This document shows, piece by piece, positions 61,140 through 64,000 of a DNA stretch of 64,000 nt. The stretch is from positions 33,407,815 through 33,471,814 of the forward strand of contig NC_069003.1 in the NCBI RefSeq assembly GCF_001194135.2. The letters run 5' to 3'. The translations under genes were made by a program, and so were the position numbers. Every line of letters starts with the position of its first letter. Position 1 is the stretch's first letter. Source of the DNA: Octopus bimaculoides (taxonomy: Eukaryota). Below the pieces are notes generated by a model. That model worked only from the letters and a program-made list of their open reading frames with translations, had not been told where the DNA came from and did not search any database.

Positions 61140-61605
61140 GAATAGCTTCTAACGCTGGAGATGTACTACGGTGTCAGCTGTTCACTCCCAGTGAACTAAG
61201 GTAACACCTCTTATTTTTCGAGCACCATCCAGAGTATTCAAGCGGTTCTAAGCCGTGCTGTTTTCTGCAAGTGCTCCACCCTTATTGCAGCCCCTATTTG
61301 TTCCATGTACTTCTCAAGATTTTTGCTCACTGTTCCCAGGGCTCCGACAATTATTGGTACTACTACCACCTTTTTCAGTGATCACAACTGCTTAACCTCC
61401 CAAGCTAACCTGTCATATTTACCGACTTTTCTTTCTTCCTTATCACATACCTTGTTATCTGCGGGCATGCTATATCTATGATCCAGCATAGTTTGCTTTC
61501 TTTCTCAATTAAGACTGTCTGGCTTCCTATTCTCTAACTCATGGTCGCACTGAATCATAAAATCCCATAGGATCTTTGCATTATAATTTTTGATGATGCC
61601 TTCAG
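61140..61605 (-). pseudogene. RLE-clade (R4/Dong-like) LINE C-terminal fragment
   Basis: PEGIIKNYNAKILWDFMIQCDHELENRKPD...KVVVVPIIVGALGTVSKNLEKYMEQIG...LQK, with stops and frameshifts. Confidence 0.8.
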
Positions 61606-61606
61606 G

Positions 61607-61665
<59 letters not shown>

Positions 61666-62715
61666 TATTACTATTTGCAGTGCACAAAATCCATTTCCTT
61701 CGCCATGAAAGGGATCGAACTTTCTTCTTTGACTTTGGANNNNNNNNNNAACAGGGAGTTGATGAACAGTAAGTATTGACATCGGTTCTACACCCATCAT
61801 CACTTGAACTGGATTTGTGTCACAACTTTTATATACACTCACTCGTGTGGAGGCAATCCTCTAACTTACATCAGGAGGGAAGGTCATTAAAATTTTGATG
61901 ATATAGATAGTAGCAGAGAGCAGTGCTTTTGCAACATGGAGTAAAGGGCAAGGGAAACTCTGTGTGTGTGTGTGTGTGTGTGTGTGCATGTATGTATGTT
62001 TGCATGTGTGTGTTGTATGTAATTGTGTGTGTGTTGGATGTAGTTGTAAGTGTGTGCGTGTTGTATGTAGTTGTGTGTGTGTTTGTTCTATTCCTGAAAC
62101 TATATCAGTTTCCTTCTGATTTTGTTTTCCATATTTGTTTTTTTTTAAAATTAATTGGTTCCTAATCCCCATATAATCTCAGATTAAAGGAATTTCTAAA
62201 ATAACTTAATCTAATATCCCATCTTGTAAATTCTGATATCTTCAGTGATTACGTAAAGACTTTACAGAAAACATGTGTTGGACAGGAGAGTGATATTTCA
62301 CATGTTTTTGTGGTTTATTTCAGTCTATATATATATATATATATATATATCCTGAGTTCAAATTCCACCGAGGTCGACTTTGCCTTTCACCCTTTTGGGC
62401 TCAATTAAATAAGTACCAATTACACGCTCGGGTTGATGTAATCAACTTAAACCCTTTGTCTGTCCTTGTTTTCCCCCTCTATGTTTAGCCCCCCATGGCA
62501 ATAAAGAAATAAATTNNNNNNNNNNTATATATATCCTGAGTTCAAATTCCACCGAGGTCGACTTTGCCTTTCACCCTTTTGGGCTCAATTAAATAAGTAC
62601 CAATTACACGCTCGGGTTGATGTAATCAACTTAAACCCTTTGTCTGTCCTTGTTTTCCCCCTCTATGTTTAGCCCCCCATGGCAATAAAGAAATAAATTA
62701 TTATTATCATTATTA

Positions 62716-62746
<31 letters not shown>

Positions 62747-64000
62747 CATCATCATTATTATTATTAAAGGCGGCAAGCTGGTAAAATCATTAGCGTGCTG
62801 GACGAAATGCTTAGCAGTATTTCGTCCATTACTACATTCTGAGTTCAAATTCCATCAAGGTCGACTTTGCCTTTCATCCTTTCAGGGTCAATGAATTAAG
62901 TACCATTTTTTTTTTTTTTTTATTGTAAATTTTGGGCTGAAAAATTCAACATGTACATCAAACTTTCAACATGTAGGTGCTTGTTAGTCTCAAGAGAATA
63001 AGTTGATGATATCGGGGTAATTTTGCAGAGTTAAAACAAGCTTCGAAGTTATAAGCATTAGTTGGAAACAGAGACTATAAACACATATTTTAAAATGTTA
63101 CTAATTTTTTTTTAATTAATCTCAAGGGGAAAGGGTTGTGCCTCTAATTTTCTCAGGCTCCCACATAAGCTCTGGCATTTGGTAAACTAGTTTGAGAATT
63201 AGTACAACTGATGTTTTAGTTTAGTTGGTGGCTACATGTGTGCATATGTGTGTGTATGCAGAAACACACACACACATACATGTACACATGCATGACTATA
63301 GAGATTAAATAATCATTAGTCCTGCAGTTAAAGTTTCCTTTTAGTAAGTGCAAGCATGGCTGTGGGTAAGAAGTCTGCTTCTCAACCACATTGTCCAGAG
63401 ATCAGTCCCACTGTGTGGCACCTTGAGCAAGAATCTTCTACTATAGCCCCAGGCTGACCAAAGCCTCTAAGTGGATTTGGTTGATGGAAACTGAAAGAAG
63501 CACTTCATACACGTGTTAGCTCTCGGTCTCCTTCTGATTCCATACACTAACATTGCTGCACTTGTTTCCCCATATTTTACACATAACATACATACGCATG
63601 CAACTGTCTGTGAAGGAACACCACGCACACACACATTGATATATACTAATACATATGTATATACATGCAAATATACTCACAAATACACATATCTACAACA
63701 CACATTCATATAAGCTTGTATACACACACACACACACACACACACACATCTATTATTTAAGCATGGTATACACACACACATACTACTCTGTAAAGACTTA
63801 ACCTCAAACACAAGCTGTATACACACACACACACACACACACACACAAGCATATTACAAACACACACACACACAAGCACATATTACAAACACACAGACGG
63901 ACAGGTGTGCGCAGGCGTGTTTATCCCCCTTCTTTCCTCCTCCTCCTCCTCCTCTTTTTTGCGGCACCCTGCTTTACCCTTTGATCTGTCACATTTGATT

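Noticed and set aside
62335-62700. Exact duplication of a SINE copy of about 175 bp across a 10-N gap
   Set aside because: Same assembly-overlap signature.

Overview
This is AT-rich, microsatellite-dense eukaryotic DNA. The SINE, RTE and mariner repertoire looks like a coleoid cephalopod, probably Octopus (inference). I reconstructed four host genes by hand from splice signals and motifs: (1) the 5' end of a TDRD7-like LOTUS gene on the minus strand, running off the left edge; (2) a single-coding-exon HYLS1 on the minus strand; (3) a complete five-coding-exon PR/SET-domain zinc-finger gene (PRDM10/15-like, about 2019 aa) on the plus strand; (4) the first coding exon of a BMP5/6/7/8 (gbb/60A) gene on the plus strand, running off the right edge. 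Between HYLS1 and the PRDM gene is an intact 295-aa Merlin/IS1595-family DDE transposase ORF. It has a splice acceptor directly before its ATG and may be transcribed from the far side of the HYLS1 promoter, making it the best candidate for an undescribed (domesticated) system. The rest is decayed RTE and RLE-type LINEs, two tRNA-type SINE families, mariner/Tc1/pogo/hAT/piggyBac-type MITEs, a fold-back element with a telomere-repeat hairpin, an inverted pair of Penelope-type hammerhead motifs, simple repeats and six N gaps. All gene models and family assignments are by eye; no searches were run.
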